A stretch of 46,205 nt of DNA. Origin: Octopus bimaculoides (Eukaryota). The DNA lies in NCBI RefSeq assembly GCF_001194135.2, contig NC_068982.1, positions 191,605,522-191,651,726 on the forward strand, written 5' to 3'. Of this stretch, positions 35,080 to 46,205 are shown piece after piece (position 1 is the first letter of the stretch; each line of letters begins with the position of its first letter). Under the pieces are notes generated by a model, which searched no databases, had not been told where the DNA came from, and saw nothing but the letters and a program-made list of their open reading frames with translations. Made by a program: the position numbers and the translations under genes.

Positions 35080-36285
35080 AAATTCCCCGAGGTCCATGGA
35101 CGAGTTCTCTCCAGCGCTTTGTCCCTCATCATCGCTGCCATGCCCTGTGTGTTTGCCAGAGACCTGTGCCTGTCCTTAGGGCATCAACATGTCATCCTTG
35201 GTCTCCCTCTTCTAGTGTGTCCATGCAGAGGTTCCCCCAGGAGCAGTATCAACTCTGTATGATGGTGAACATGTCCAGCTAACCTCAGGCTCCTCTCTGT
35301 TATTTTGGGAGGCTCTCGCACAGCTCTGAGTTCTTCATCCTCAACATTCTCATGTAGCACCCATCCACCATCCAAGTGAATTTCTTGGTCAGTGTCCAAG
35401 TCTCAGACCCATACAACAGCACAGACTCCACTGCAGCAATGAAGAGACAGATTTTCAGGCTTTTACGAAGGTCCAACTTCCATACAGATCTCAAACTATG
35501 GCATGCTGCTCAGGATTTGCTCTTCCTCTCAACTATATCGCCCTATGTATTCCCAATCTTTGCTCCCAGATACAGCAAGTCCTCAACCAACTCTAGTGGC
35601 TTCCTGCCTACATTCATAATCTTCTCTGGCTTCTTAATGTTCTCTATCAGATACTTCGTCTTAATCTCATTCATTTTCAGCCCCACACTCATCGACACAG
35701 TCTCCACCTCCTGCATCAAATCCTCTGCCTCCCTCACTGTATTTGTCACCAGAACTCTGTCGTCAACAAATTCAGCATCTGATATCTTTTTAGCCTTCAC
35801 CCTCCTGCTTTGAGCTGGCACTACAGTAAAGCCAGAGCCTTGGTGTTTCTCCAACACAAAGGGCATACAGTAATCCACTACAATAAGAAGGTAGGGAGCC
35901 AATGTATCTCCCTGGACACCCTAGCCAGTATCTCAAAGAACTTTGTCAGCCCGTCAGATGTAATGACTTGGGTTCTGGTGTTGGTGTAGAGCAGTGATAT
36001 CAGGTCCACTATCTTGGGGATTCCATAAGCTTGTCAGATCTTCATCAGGCAATGATGGTCTACAGAATCAAAGGCCTTCTTAAAGTCAATGAAAACCTTG
36101 ACAGCAGGAAAGCTCTTTGCTCTAGCTCCTTCTAATATCCTCCTGATGTGACTGGTGGTTGATCTTCCCTCTTTGAAGCTGTTCTGGTTGTCCCTGAGCT
36201 TCTTCTCCATCTCAGGCTGGATCCTGTTAAGAATCATCCTATTGAGGGTCTTTGTCACAAGTGACATCAGTGAAGAATCAAGTAT
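35080..36285 (-). mobile_element. Decayed RTE/RTEX-like LINE reverse transcriptase
   Basis: Reads NQNSFKEGRSTTSHI, FIDFKKAFDSV, GDTLAPYL, EFVDD, GLKMNEIKTKY, LLYLG, VESVLLYGSETWTL, LRLAGHV and RRGRPR across several broken ORFs. Confidence 0.9.
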
Positions 36286-36344
36286 CATTGAAGTATAATG
36301 TTGGATTATGTTCATAATTAGAAAGAAAGAAAGAAAGAAAACTG

Positions 36345-36675
36345 TCACTCCATTGTTTGTGACAATGAGTGTTCTGGTTGATCCAATCAACAGAACATCT
36401 TGCTCCTGAAATTAACATACAAGTGGCTGAGTACTCCACTGACAAGCATACTCTTAATGTAGTTCTCAGGAAGATTTAGCATTACACAGAAATTGACAAA
36501 GTTGGCTCCTTTTGAATTACTGGTACAACTCATTCTTTGCCAACTGAATAAAATGGAGCAATGTGATAATAGAGTGTCTTGCTCAAGAACACAATGTCTC
36601 ACCAGGAATCGAACTCTTGACTGTACAAATTGTGGGCTGAACACCATAACCGCTGAGCGATGCACCTTCGCATGT
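36345..36675 (-). mobile_element. SINE family B
   Basis: Homologous to the reverse complement of 1659-1990 (agagtgtcttgctcaagaacacaatg...ggaatcgaactc). Confidence 0.75.
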
Positions 36676-36861
36676 TCACCATGAATGCAGTAGTTGTACC
36701 CATCCAATCATGCACCTCCCCACTCGATCAATTTCATCCCCTCTATTGTCCTTGTATCATCTTTTTTTCCTTTTTACAAATGGAGGCTCATCCCCACCCA
36801 CTTTCTTACAAACCACTCAACTGAAACCGTGACTTCTGTTTTATTCTTTTCTTTCTTGCAG

Positions 36862-36917
36862 AGAATTACAGGATGCAAGAGGCTTACGAAAACCATCTCA
36901 TCATTAAACTTGTTCTG
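36862..36917 (+). CDS. ANO8: Anoctamin-8 small coding exon (ENYRMQEAYENHLIIKLVL)
   Basis: ttgcAG acceptor and CTG|GTGAGT donor. 56 nt, phase 1 to 0. Matches ENYR...YE.HLIIK.VL. Confidence 0.95.
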
Positions 36918-36950
36918 GTGAGTTGTTTGATGTTTTATCAAACCTTTTTA

Positions 36951-37020
36951 ATGTGTTGGCAAATTGTTTGATGTATTAATGAATTGTTTGATGTGTTGGC
37001 GAATTGTTTGATGTGTTTCC
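36951..37020 (+). repeat. 20-bp tandem repeat (atgtgttggcgaattgtttg), about 3.5 units
   Basis: 20-nt period, starting 33 nt downstream of the donor of the 56-nt exon. Confidence 0.85.
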
Positions 37021-37689
37021 ATGTGTATTTGTGAATTGGTGGGTTTTAGCCCCAGCTCACCTGTGACCAAAGTTATTCCAACCATGACCATCCCATTGTT
37101 AGGCAATGGGATGATCAGTGCAATAGGAATTGAGGAAGATGATCCCTACAGTTGTCGCTTACTCTTCCCTACCTATTACCCCTCTTCATTCATTATATTT
37201 AACCGGTCGCCCATTCTCGTAACCTATACCCACACACACACCCTGTTCTCCTGTCCCCACTCTTTTTTTACTCACCCAACACCTCGAAGGTCCACCCTCA
37301 CACCTCATCACTATTTCTATTTCTTTTCAGCTCCACCTCCCCAATCACCTCACCACCCATGCAGCTCTTCTTCAGTAAGGGACCTTTTCTGTTCTGGTCC
37401 CTTCTCTCACACTTTAATCCCTCATCTCCCAGCACAAAGCTGCCTCCCTCTCTACTGTAGCCCCACTCACTCAAAGGCTATCTTTGTCTCGCAGGCATGG
37501 TTACCTCACCAAAGCTGGTGCCATGATAAAAGTACATTCCATTGAGTGGTTTGCATTTATGAAGGGCATCCACCTGTTGTAATCCTGCCAGAACAGACAA
37601 TGAGGCGATGCAGTCTTCAGACCCTGCTGACCCTAACCTACCCATGGCAGGTGGGTGTTTAATGATAACGATCTTTCTTTTACTTGTTT

Positions 37690-38450
37690 CAGTTATTAAA
37701 CCACGACCATGCTGGGGCACCACCTCGAAGAATTTTTAGTTGAATGAATCAACCCCAGTACATATTTTATCAGTTTCTTTTTGCTGAACCACTACATTAT
37801 GGTGATGTAAACAAACCAACACCAGTTGTCAAGCAGTGGTGGTGGGACAAACACAGAGACAAAGATGCACACACACACACATAAATGTGTGTATGTGTAT
37901 ATATATATATATATATAAATATAAAATAAATAGTATATATACATGCATATATGGGTTCAGGACATCATCAATAGTTCAAACAACATGAAATACGTCAACA
38001 AATGGGTTAAATACATAAACAAGAAAAAATGAAGAACAGGACAAGTAAATGCATAGAAAGGACCCTTCATCAGTTGTCAGCTGTCTGTTTAGTGCTAAGT
38101 TCGAGCATTGAACGACAATATGAGTCTTCAAAGACAGTTTCTCCCATGAAATCTAAAATAAAATTTAGGATTTATGGAGGGTCAAAGTTGGGTACAAAAA
38201 CAGGACGGTGAAAACATACAAAGAAACCAAACGCAAATAAACATGGAGGGTCATTAGACCAGAACGGGAGGAAAATAGACACACACACACACACACGATG
38301 TGTGTCTTTCAATTTCTGTCTACCAAATCCACTCACAAGGTTTTGGTTGACCTGTAAAAAGAAGACACTTGCCCAAGGTGCCATGCAGTGGGACTGAACC
38401 TGAAACTATATGGTTGGGAAGCAAGTTCCTTATCACACAGCCATGCCTAT
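37690..38450 (-). mobile_element. SINE family C interrupted by (TA)n and a Penelope-terminal-like insert (about 37950-38280)
   Basis: The 3' half lies at 37690-37870 and the head at 38295-38450, with an unrelated A-rich repeat between them. The PLE label for the insert is weak. Confidence 0.6.
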
Positions 38451-39179
38451 GCCTTGATAATGTTAAGTTTTATTTGGAAAGGAAATGAAACATGAAAGTA
38501 CTCAATACAGGAACAAAAGAGAGTTTATTAGATAAATGATGTTGATACAACTAAGTTCTTTCTTTCTCCTTTCATCTTTCTGTGGTCAATATAATAAGTC
38601 AAGTACTGTGGAGGCCAATGTAATCCACTCCCCCCACCAAATACCAGGCCTTCATCCCATGATAGAACCAATTATTATCACCATTATTATTATTGACATT
38701 GCACAGTATCCAATATTGTGATGTTGTTGATTGAAGATATTATGTCTACCGGGAAGGGGTGAGGTTTGTACTGTTTGTCAAGCCACAACAACGACCTCAG
38801 ACAAATAGTACTTTATGCAATAGGCATGCAGTTCCATGTAATGCTGATTTTTGCAGCCAGTTGCATGACACCACTATCTACCACGACTATGATTTCACTT
38901 GGCTTGTTGGATCAGATTATTATTATTATTATTATTATTCTGCTGAGTTGGCAGAATTGTTTCCTTGCTGGGCAAAATGCTTTGCGGTCTTTCATCTGTC
39001 TTTACATTCTGAGTTCCAACTGCATTGAGGTCAACTTTGAAAGTACTAGTTGTGTTCTGGCATCAACTACCCAACCTCCCCAAACTTTCAGGTCTTGTTC
39101 TTGTTATAGAAAGAATTATTATTATTATTAGTAGTAGTAGCATTAAATGTATATTACAGTATTTGAAATTATTTTACAG

Positions 39180-39254
39180 TTTCAGTTTGTGAATTCATTC
39201 CTGTCTCTGTTTTACATCGCATTTTATCTGCAAGATATGGAACTTCTGAGAGAG
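39180..39254 (+). CDS. ANO8: Anoctamin-8 coding exon (FQFVNSFLSLFYIAFYLQDMELLRE)
   Basis: tttacAG acceptor and GAG|GTGAGT donor. 75 nt, phase 0 to 0. Contains the FQFVNS.LSLFYI.FYL.DM signature. Confidence 0.97.
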
Positions 39255-39396
39255 GTGAGTGCTAATTTCTGTAAAAGTTTAAGATAAAAGTTGTTTAAAA
39301 GCCAATGCAATGCAAATCGGAATATAGGAGTGAAAACAAAAGTGAGACAGAATAACTGTTTACACTTATAGTTTTCAAGAAGCATTGTCTGATATA

Positions 39397-40660
39397 CAGG
39401 GGTTGGACAAAATAATGGAAACACTTAGCATCATAGAATCATAATTTTGAAATATCTATAAAACCATCAAAAGATTGTTTATTTTTATGTTTTTTGATTT
39501 ATTATTAGTGTTGCTTAATATGTTTTGCTAAAATTGCTGTTTCTTTTCAGATATCATCAGTAAAAGGTAATTAAAATTCATTAAAATGACAAATCTATGT
39601 GACTTTCAAAGAGGTCAAATTGTTGGTGCTCGTATGGCAGGCGCTAGCGTAACGAAAACAGCTGAAATGTTTGGTGTATCAAGAAGTACTGTCTCGAAAG
39701 TAATGACAGCCTTTGAGAAAGAGGGAAAAACCTCCTCGTCAAATCAAAACTCCGGAAGAAAACCAAAACTTTCAGATAGGGACCGTCGGACTCTTACGCG
39801 AATTGTTAGAAAGGAACACAAAAGTGCAGCTCCCAAAATTACTGCAGAGTTTAATGACCACCTTGAGAACTCAGTTTCCATAAAAACTGTTCATTGGGAA
39901 CTGCACAAAGCCAGATTTCACAGGAGGGCTGCAATCAGAAAACCACTTTCAAAAGCAAACGTTGCGAAGCATTTCGAGTGGAGTAAAAGCCTTCAGAATT
40001 GGTCCCTAGAGCAACAGAAGAATGTTATTTTCTTGGACGAGTCATTCTTTACCTTATTTCCGACTACTGGCCAAATATATGTGTGGAGACAGCCTAAAAA
40101 AGCATTTGACCCAGACTGCCTTTTTCCAACTGTTAAACATGGAGGAGGATCTGTGATGATCTGTTGGGGGGGGGGGGGTCTATATCTTGGGAATCTGCTG
40201 GCCCAATGGTATCCCTTCATGGCAGAATTAATAATCAAGACTATTTAAGCACTTTATCTCATCAAATTCATCCTATGGTTGTGGAGTTGTTTCTGGATGA
40301 TAATGCACCAATTTGTTCTCACAGCTAAAGTTGTTACTGAATGGCACAAAGAACATTCTAGTGAAGTTGAACATCTTATCTGGCCACCACAGTCCCCAGA
40401 TCTCAATATTACTGAACATTTATGGTGCATTTTAGAAAAACAATTAAAGAGTCGATATCCTCCACCATCATCACTACAAGAACTGGAGACTGTTTTAGCT
40501 GAAGAATGGACAAAAATTCCTTTGGAAACAATTCAAACTTTGTACGAGTTCATACCTCGTAGAATTCAAACTGTAATTACTGCCATAGGTCGTCCTACTC
40601 CATATTAAAACAAATTTGTTTGAAATTTTAAGGTGTTACCATTATTTTGTTCAATCCCTG
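39397..40660 (+). mobile_element. Full-length decayed Tc1/mariner transposon, probable DD36E type
   Basis: 28-bp TIRs (caggggttggacaaaataatggaaacac at 39397-39424; gtgttaccattattttgttcaatccctg at 40633-40660; 3 mismatches). Left TA target, right TG. Transposase 39586-40608 has an HTH region (GRKPKL), VIFLDES, TVKHGGGSVM, DDNAP and WPPQSPDLNITEHLW, broken by frameshifts. Confidence 0.95.
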
Positions 40661-40769
40661 TGTAAATATATATATGTGATGACTTGCTGTACTTGAGAAG
40701 ACATATCCTTTATGGCCACACCTCACCTCCTTTTCCCAGTCAAGAAGCCTTTGTCTTGCAGGTGGCATC

Positions 40770-41140
40770 TTCATCATCCTCATTTAACGTCCATTGTCCC
40801 TGCTGGCATGAGTTGGACGGTTTGACCAGGGCTAGTAAGCTGAATGGCTGTACCAGACTCCAGTCTGACTTGGCATGGTTTCTATGGCTGGATGCACTTC
40901 CTAATGCCAATATTCCAAGCGTGTAATGGATGCCAGTTGCATGATACCTGTATCTGCCATGACTACGATTTCACTTGGCTTGATGGATCTTCCTTCTCAA
41001 GCGCAGCATATTGCCAAAGGTCTCAGCCATTGCTTCTGTGAGGCCCAATGCTCAAAAGGTGCTTTCTCCTTCTTCCACAGCTTCCCTCTACTGTTAGAGA
41101 TCAGTGCTTCCTCACACAGCTGTCCACATCCATACACAAT
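40770..41140 (-). mobile_element. RTE family A 3' end
   Basis: Reads catcatcctcatttaacgtccattgtccctgctggcatgagttggacgg.... Confidence 0.8.
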
Positions 41141-41149
41141 TGTGCCAGT

Positions 41150-41345
41150 GCCACGTAGGACCACCTTTGTTCATCAGTATTGTTGAAAATACTGTATATT
41201 TTAAGAGGCTTTCTGTGAGACGTTAACATGAGAATGTGATCCACATATCTGGTCCACAAAAAAAAAAGGCACAAAAGTGACAGCTGTTGGGTGCCCTGCA
41301 TTCCAACCAGTCCATATATGTGATGGTCAGTAGGCCTCACAAACT
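41150..41345 (-). mobile_element. Penelope-like RT relic
   Basis: Minus ORF FLWTRYVDHILML...IFNN resembles the PLE RT motif W.RYVDD(I/T)F. Confidence 0.5.
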
Positions 41346-41803
41346 TGACCCCATCAGGAATCCAGAGATTTCTTTGTAAATGGACCCCTCAAACTAGAAG
41401 CAGTTAACATTGTGAAAAGAGGCAATATGCTTGGCTAGTCAGTTGATAAGCAGGGATGCTGGAACAGGGGTGTATAGGGAAACAATGTCCAAGCTAAAAG
41501 GAAAAGCTGTTTTGAAGACTGGTTGGGTTGAGATGTCTCAGTTTGTTAAATACTTCAGGGAAACTTTTGACATGTCTTGGGAAGGTTTGAAGTCCTGGCT
41601 TTCTAACATTAGAAGCCAAGAAATTTTATAGAAAGATTCATTAATAGGGGATTGTTATCTTAAATGGACTAGCTCCCTATCCACAGTTGAGGATTCACCT
41701 CCATACATACTGATTGTTGTGTTTAGAGTTAAGGCTAAGCTTTAGATCTTTCAAATTCTTCAGTGACTTGTCATGGCATTCATCATTCCCTTTATCATTT
41801 CAG

Positions 41804-42220
41804 CAACTGATGGCTCTTCTGATAATGCGCCAAATTATTGGAAATGTGAAAGAAGCTTTGTTACCATATCTGATGTGGCACTTTCGTATGATAAAAGCTG
41901 GACTGATCACAACAGTGGAATCACCAGAGAAGGAATGTGGTGAACTTCCATTAAATACAGAGACTAAAAAACCCTACAACTTTGAAGCATCGGCGGAAGA
42001 AGAGGAACATCTCACTCCAGAGATGACCAACACAAATGAAACGGCTGATCAACGAGAAAACAGTGAAGAAAAAACTGCAGGGAACAATCCTGAAAATGAA
42101 GATGAAAAATCTTTCATTGGGGATTTGTCCGACAATAGGGACTGTATGGAACTGCCCCCTCGTAAAGCTTCAGCTGTGAACTCACCAAGCCAAGCTGAAG
42201 TTGAAAGTACGATGAGTGAG
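41804..42220 (+). CDS. ANO8: Anoctamin-8 coding exon with acidic low-complexity loop (QLMALLIMRQIIGNVKEALLPYL...SQAEVESTM)
   Basis: tttcAG acceptor and GAG|GTGAG donor. 417 nt, phase 0 to 0. Conserved ends (RQ..GN.KE...PY; QAEVES) flank an E/N-rich insert, as expected for ANO8. Confidence 0.93.
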
Positions 42221-43395
42221 GTGAGAATTAAATATACATTCACCACCACCAACCATCTCTATTATCATCATCACCACCATCATCACATCCACCAACATCA
42301 CTCCCGATCTACCACCACCACCACCACCATTTCTTCTTCACATACTTCAAAATACCAATCCTTCTGTGACGAATCACAATATTCACCAAACACCCTAATC
42401 TCCATTTTTCTGACTCCATACATTCTTCTCTCTCTCTCTCATCTTTCCTCTTCCAAATTCCAACATTTTTCTCCTTTACTTTCGCCAAAATGTCTTCTTC
42501 CTGACTTTTGCTGCCCATATCCTGTCATCAATCATTAGGATTTTCTTATTCTTTTTTGGCCTCTCAGTGTCCACTAACCTCTCGCTCCATTTTTCCTTAC
42601 AACTAACCCCTTAAATACAATCCTTTCATCCTTCAACTTACAATCTCCTCTCTATGTACACCATTCAAATCTATAAAGACCCCTAACTTTACTTCAACTC
42701 TATCACGGTTTTACTCCAGAAGGAATTCTGGACCCTATAACTATAAATATTCCCCTCTGTCCCTAAATCCTTCCTGGTTTCTGTTGTCGTTTAACCCCTG
42801 GCTAACCCTTATTGAGCTGACCTATAATCGAAGACATTCCAGTTGTGACCATCCCACCCTTTCAGATTCTAAGTATTATGTTCTGCAGCCAAAAAAATCT
42901 CAGATGCATCATTCATGACAAACACCCTCAATAAAACAGCAGAACATAATTGAAAAAGGATATTTGGCTGTTATTTCTAGCATTGCAATATGGATCTTCA
43001 TGGTTTTGTTCCCACCTTTAGATTTTCCTAAAATTTCCTACAAATGACAAAAATCACATCCATTTTTCATAGAAATTAAAAATAAAGATGTTTCAAGTTT
43101 AAAATTTTAACCATGAAAACAGCAGAATTGTTTGAGACTGGAGAAGAAAGAGCTGCATCGTCCCATTCTGCAATGATGCGGTCTGATGGAAGACAACCAA
43201 TCCTAGAGATAAGAGACATGGTTTATGTATGTCTCACTTGGAAGCAACCAAAAATTTATAACATTTTCTAAGTGAATATTGTAAACCTCTTTAAGAATCT
43301 TCTCCTCCTCCTCCACCACCACCATCACTAATGAACAACATAGAAGCTCAGTGATTGATTTGTTCTTTCCTATCCTGCTTTTCCTCTTCTTTCAG

Positions 43396-43593
43396 TACGA
43401 AGATACATTTGAAGATTATTTGGAAATGTTTATCCAGTTTGGTTACGTGACTCTATTCTCTTCAGCTTTTCCCCTTGCTGCCATCTGCGCTCTACTCAAC
43501 AATGTTATAGAAATTCGTTCGGATGCATTTAAACTTTGCATGACTTGTCAGCGTCCTTTCGGCCAACAAGTTGAGAATATTGGAACCTGGGCT
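43396..43593 (+). CDS. ANO8: Anoctamin-8 coding exon (YEDTFEDYLEMFIQFGYVTLFSSAFPLAA...EIRSDAFKL...QRPF...IGTW)
   Basis: ttcAG acceptor and GCT|GTAAGT donor. 198 nt. Contains the DYLEM.IQFGYV.LFSSAFPLA and EIRSDAFKL motifs. The gene continues beyond this exon. Confidence 0.97.
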
Positions 43594-43809
43594 GTAAGTA
43601 TTGCAAAAACGATGTCATTACTTCTTCTTGTTGGCTTTTTTTTTTCTTTTTTATTCAACTGAATTCTCAAAGTTACTCTTTGTCTCTGATTCTTCTGTTT
43701 GTTCTTTCCCTCTCATCCATCAAACCGTTTCTATATTGACCTGAAATATTTCTCTACAACACACTTTTAATGCCATTCTTCCCTGCTGTTCTACCACAAC
43801 AATGTGGTG

Positions 43810-43895
43810 GTATTGTGGTTGAGAAGCCAAACCATGTGGGTTCAGGTTCAGTCCCACTGCGTGGCACCTTGAGCAAGTGTTTTCTACTATAGCCT
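43810..43895 (+). mobile_element. SINE family C head
   Basis: Reads ggttcaggttcagtcccactgcgtggcaccttgagcaagtgttttctactatagcc. Confidence 0.75.
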
Positions 43896-43950
43896 TATGT
43901 GTATGTATATTTATATGTACATGTATGTATGTATGGGTATATATGTATAT

Positions 43951-44235
43951 CATCATCCTCATTTCACATCTGCTTTCCATGCTGGCATGGGTTGGACGAT
44001 TTGACTGAGGACTGGCAAGCCAGAAGGCTGCACCAGGCTCCAATCTGATCTGGCAGAGTTTCTACAGCTGGATGCTCTTCCTAACGCCAACCACTCAGAG
44101 AATGTAGTGGGTGCTTTTTATATGCCACTGGCATCAACTATGCTCGAATGGTGCTTTTTACGTGCCAGTCAGGTGGCACTGTCATCGGCCACAACAATGA
44201 TTTCACTTGCCTCAACAGGTCTTTGCAAGCACAAT
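43951..44235 (-). mobile_element. RTE family A 3' end flanked by TA-rich tracts
   Basis: A (cat)n tail follows atatgtatat, then family A 3' UTR, then tatatatata at about 44240. Confidence 0.85.
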
Positions 44236-44520
44236 GTATGTATATATATATATACACACACACACACACATATATATAGGCTACAGTGCTGAAAAAGTTC
44301 CTGGTTTTGAGGGTATAGCGAAAGGCCTGGTTGAAGGCACACACTTCAGAGTTCTTTTACTGGGCTTAGAAAACCTGAAGGACCACTGAAATAAGTGTGT
44401 AAATTTGAGAGGAGAATATGTTAAATAAAATCATAATTAACTGATCTTCTTATATCTAAAGCCAGGAACTTTTCAACATCCCCTCATATGTATATCTGTG
44501 TGTATGTATGTGCATGTGTT

Positions 44521-44553
<33 letters not shown>

Positions 44554-46205
44554 TCATCATCATCATCATCATCNNNNNNNNNNNNNNNNNNNNNNNNNNN
44601 NNNNNNNNNNNNNNNNNNNNNNNNNNNNNNNNNNNNNNNNNNNNNNNNNNNNNNNNNNNNNNNNNNNNNNNNNNNNNNNNNNNNNNNNNNNNNNNNNNNN
44701 NNNNNNNNNNNNNNNNNNNNNNNNNNNNNNNNNNNNNNNNNNNNNNNNNNNNNNNNNNNNNNNNNNNNNNNNNNNNNNNNNNNNNNNNNNNNNNNNNNNN
44801 NNNNNNNNNNNNNNNNNNNNNNNNNNNNNNNNNNNNNNNNNNNNNNNNNNNNNNNNNNNNNNNNNNNNNNNNNNNNNNNNNNNNNNNNNNNNNNNNNNNN
44901 NNNNNNNNNNNNNNNNNNNNNNNNNNNNNNNNNNNNNNNNNNNNNNNNNNNNNNNNNNNNNNNNNNNNNNNNNNNNNNNNNNNNNNNNNNNNNNNNNNNN
45001 NNNNNNNNNNNNNNNNNNNNNNNNNNNNNNNNNNNNNNNNNNNNNNNNNNNNNNNNNNNNNNNNNNNNNNNNNNNNNNNNNNNNNNNNNNNNNNNNNNNN
45101 NNNNNNNNNNNNNNNNNNNNNNNNNNNNNNNNNNNNNNNNNNNNNNNNNNNNNNNNNNNNNNNNNNNNNNNNNNNNNNNNNNNNNNNNNNNNNNNNNNNN
45201 NNNNNNNNNNNNNNNNNNNNNNNNNNNNNNNNNNNNNNNNNNNNNNNNNNNNNNNNNNNNNNNNNNNNNNNNNNNNNNNNNNNNNNNNNNNNNNNNNNNN
45301 NNNNNNNNNNNNNNNNNNNNNNNNNNNNNNNNNNNNNNNNNNNNNNNNNNNNNNNNNNNNNNNNNNNNNNNNNNNNNNNNNNNNNNNNNNNNNNNNNNNN
45401 NNNNNNNNNNNNNNNNNNNNNNNNNNNNNNNNNNNNNNNNNNNNNNNNNNNNNNNNNNNNNNNNNNNNNNNNNNNNNNNNNNNNNNNNNNNNNNNNNNNN
45501 NNNNNNNNNNNNNNNNNNNNNNNNNNNNNNNNNNNNNNNNNNNNNNNNNNNNNNNNNTTTAGTTTAAACTAAATCTTTCGATAAAATAAGGATTGCATTT
45601 ATTTTCAGTCATTTTTTTAAATGTTTTTCTTTTATTTATTGGTAAAATAAGTATTTTTATATAAATTCATTTGATATTTATTGTTAGTCGATATATATAT
45701 ATACATTCATTTCATTATTATTATTATATCTTGACCTGAAGATTAGCTATATTTTTGAATAGAATTGATTTTCGATCGATTTATTTCGAATCGATTTGAT
45801 TATTTTATTTTCTATTTGAAAATATGGTTATGAAACACGTGTAGTCAGTTTTACTATTTTAATATTTATTACTTTGTACCTTTTTGATTTTTATTATAGG
45901 TCTTTTTAGTGTATTTACTTATTAAATTTTTCTATATGTGATTGTGGATTTTCATGGATGAATGAAATAATTGTGGTTTTTTTTCTCTAAATTATATATT
46001 TATATATTGTGAAATTTAAGTTAATTTTGATATATTTTTCCCTGCAAATTTGGAATTTTTTCCCTAATATTATTATCATATATATACTCACACAGATACA
46101 AGTATATGTGTATGTATGTATATTCTTTTATTGTTATGTTTCAGCCATGCAGCTGTGGTCATGCTGGAGCCCCACTGTAGCTTTGCTGATTTCCTCAGGC
46201 TGTGG

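Noticed and set aside
41714-42538. 274-aa ORF as a single exon with a poly-His tail
   Set aside because: Only 41804-42220 is exonic. The HHHH/TTTT part follows a GTGAG donor and is intronic (CAC/CAT)n.
45558-46130. Extremely AT-rich stretch as a possible organellar insert or origin
   Set aside because: It has no ORF, tRNA or rRNA motif, or terminal repeat that I can support.

Overview
AT-rich eukaryotic genomic DNA with eight N-gaps and dense microsatellites, SINEs and decayed LINEs. The repeat landscape suggests an Octopus-like coleoid cephalopod (inference). The only supported host gene is a + strand anoctamin-8 (ANO8/TMEM16H) orthologue. Ten canonical GT-AG exons (22191-43593) join in perfect phase, giving 1925 nt (about 641 codons). 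A likely start-codon exon at 14139-14217 has a matching phase-1 donor. The C-terminal exons lie in the 44.6-45.6 kb gap or beyond the window. The rest is repeat-derived: many 5'-truncated copies of one RTE LINE family, at least three other RTE relics, an R4/Dong-like RLE LINE relic, Penelope-like relics, several tRNA-derived SINE families, and a full-length decayed Tc1 transposon with probable DD36E spacing. I found no clearly novel multi-gene system. The most interesting signals are the DD36E-like Tc1, retroelement insertion into (TA)n tracts, a PHD-like finger inside an RTE reverse transcriptase, two near-perfect fold-back palindromes, a pre-miRNA/MITE-like hairpin, and degenerate hammerhead-like motifs, some next to Penelope relics. 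Repeat boundaries are approximate and were read by eye.
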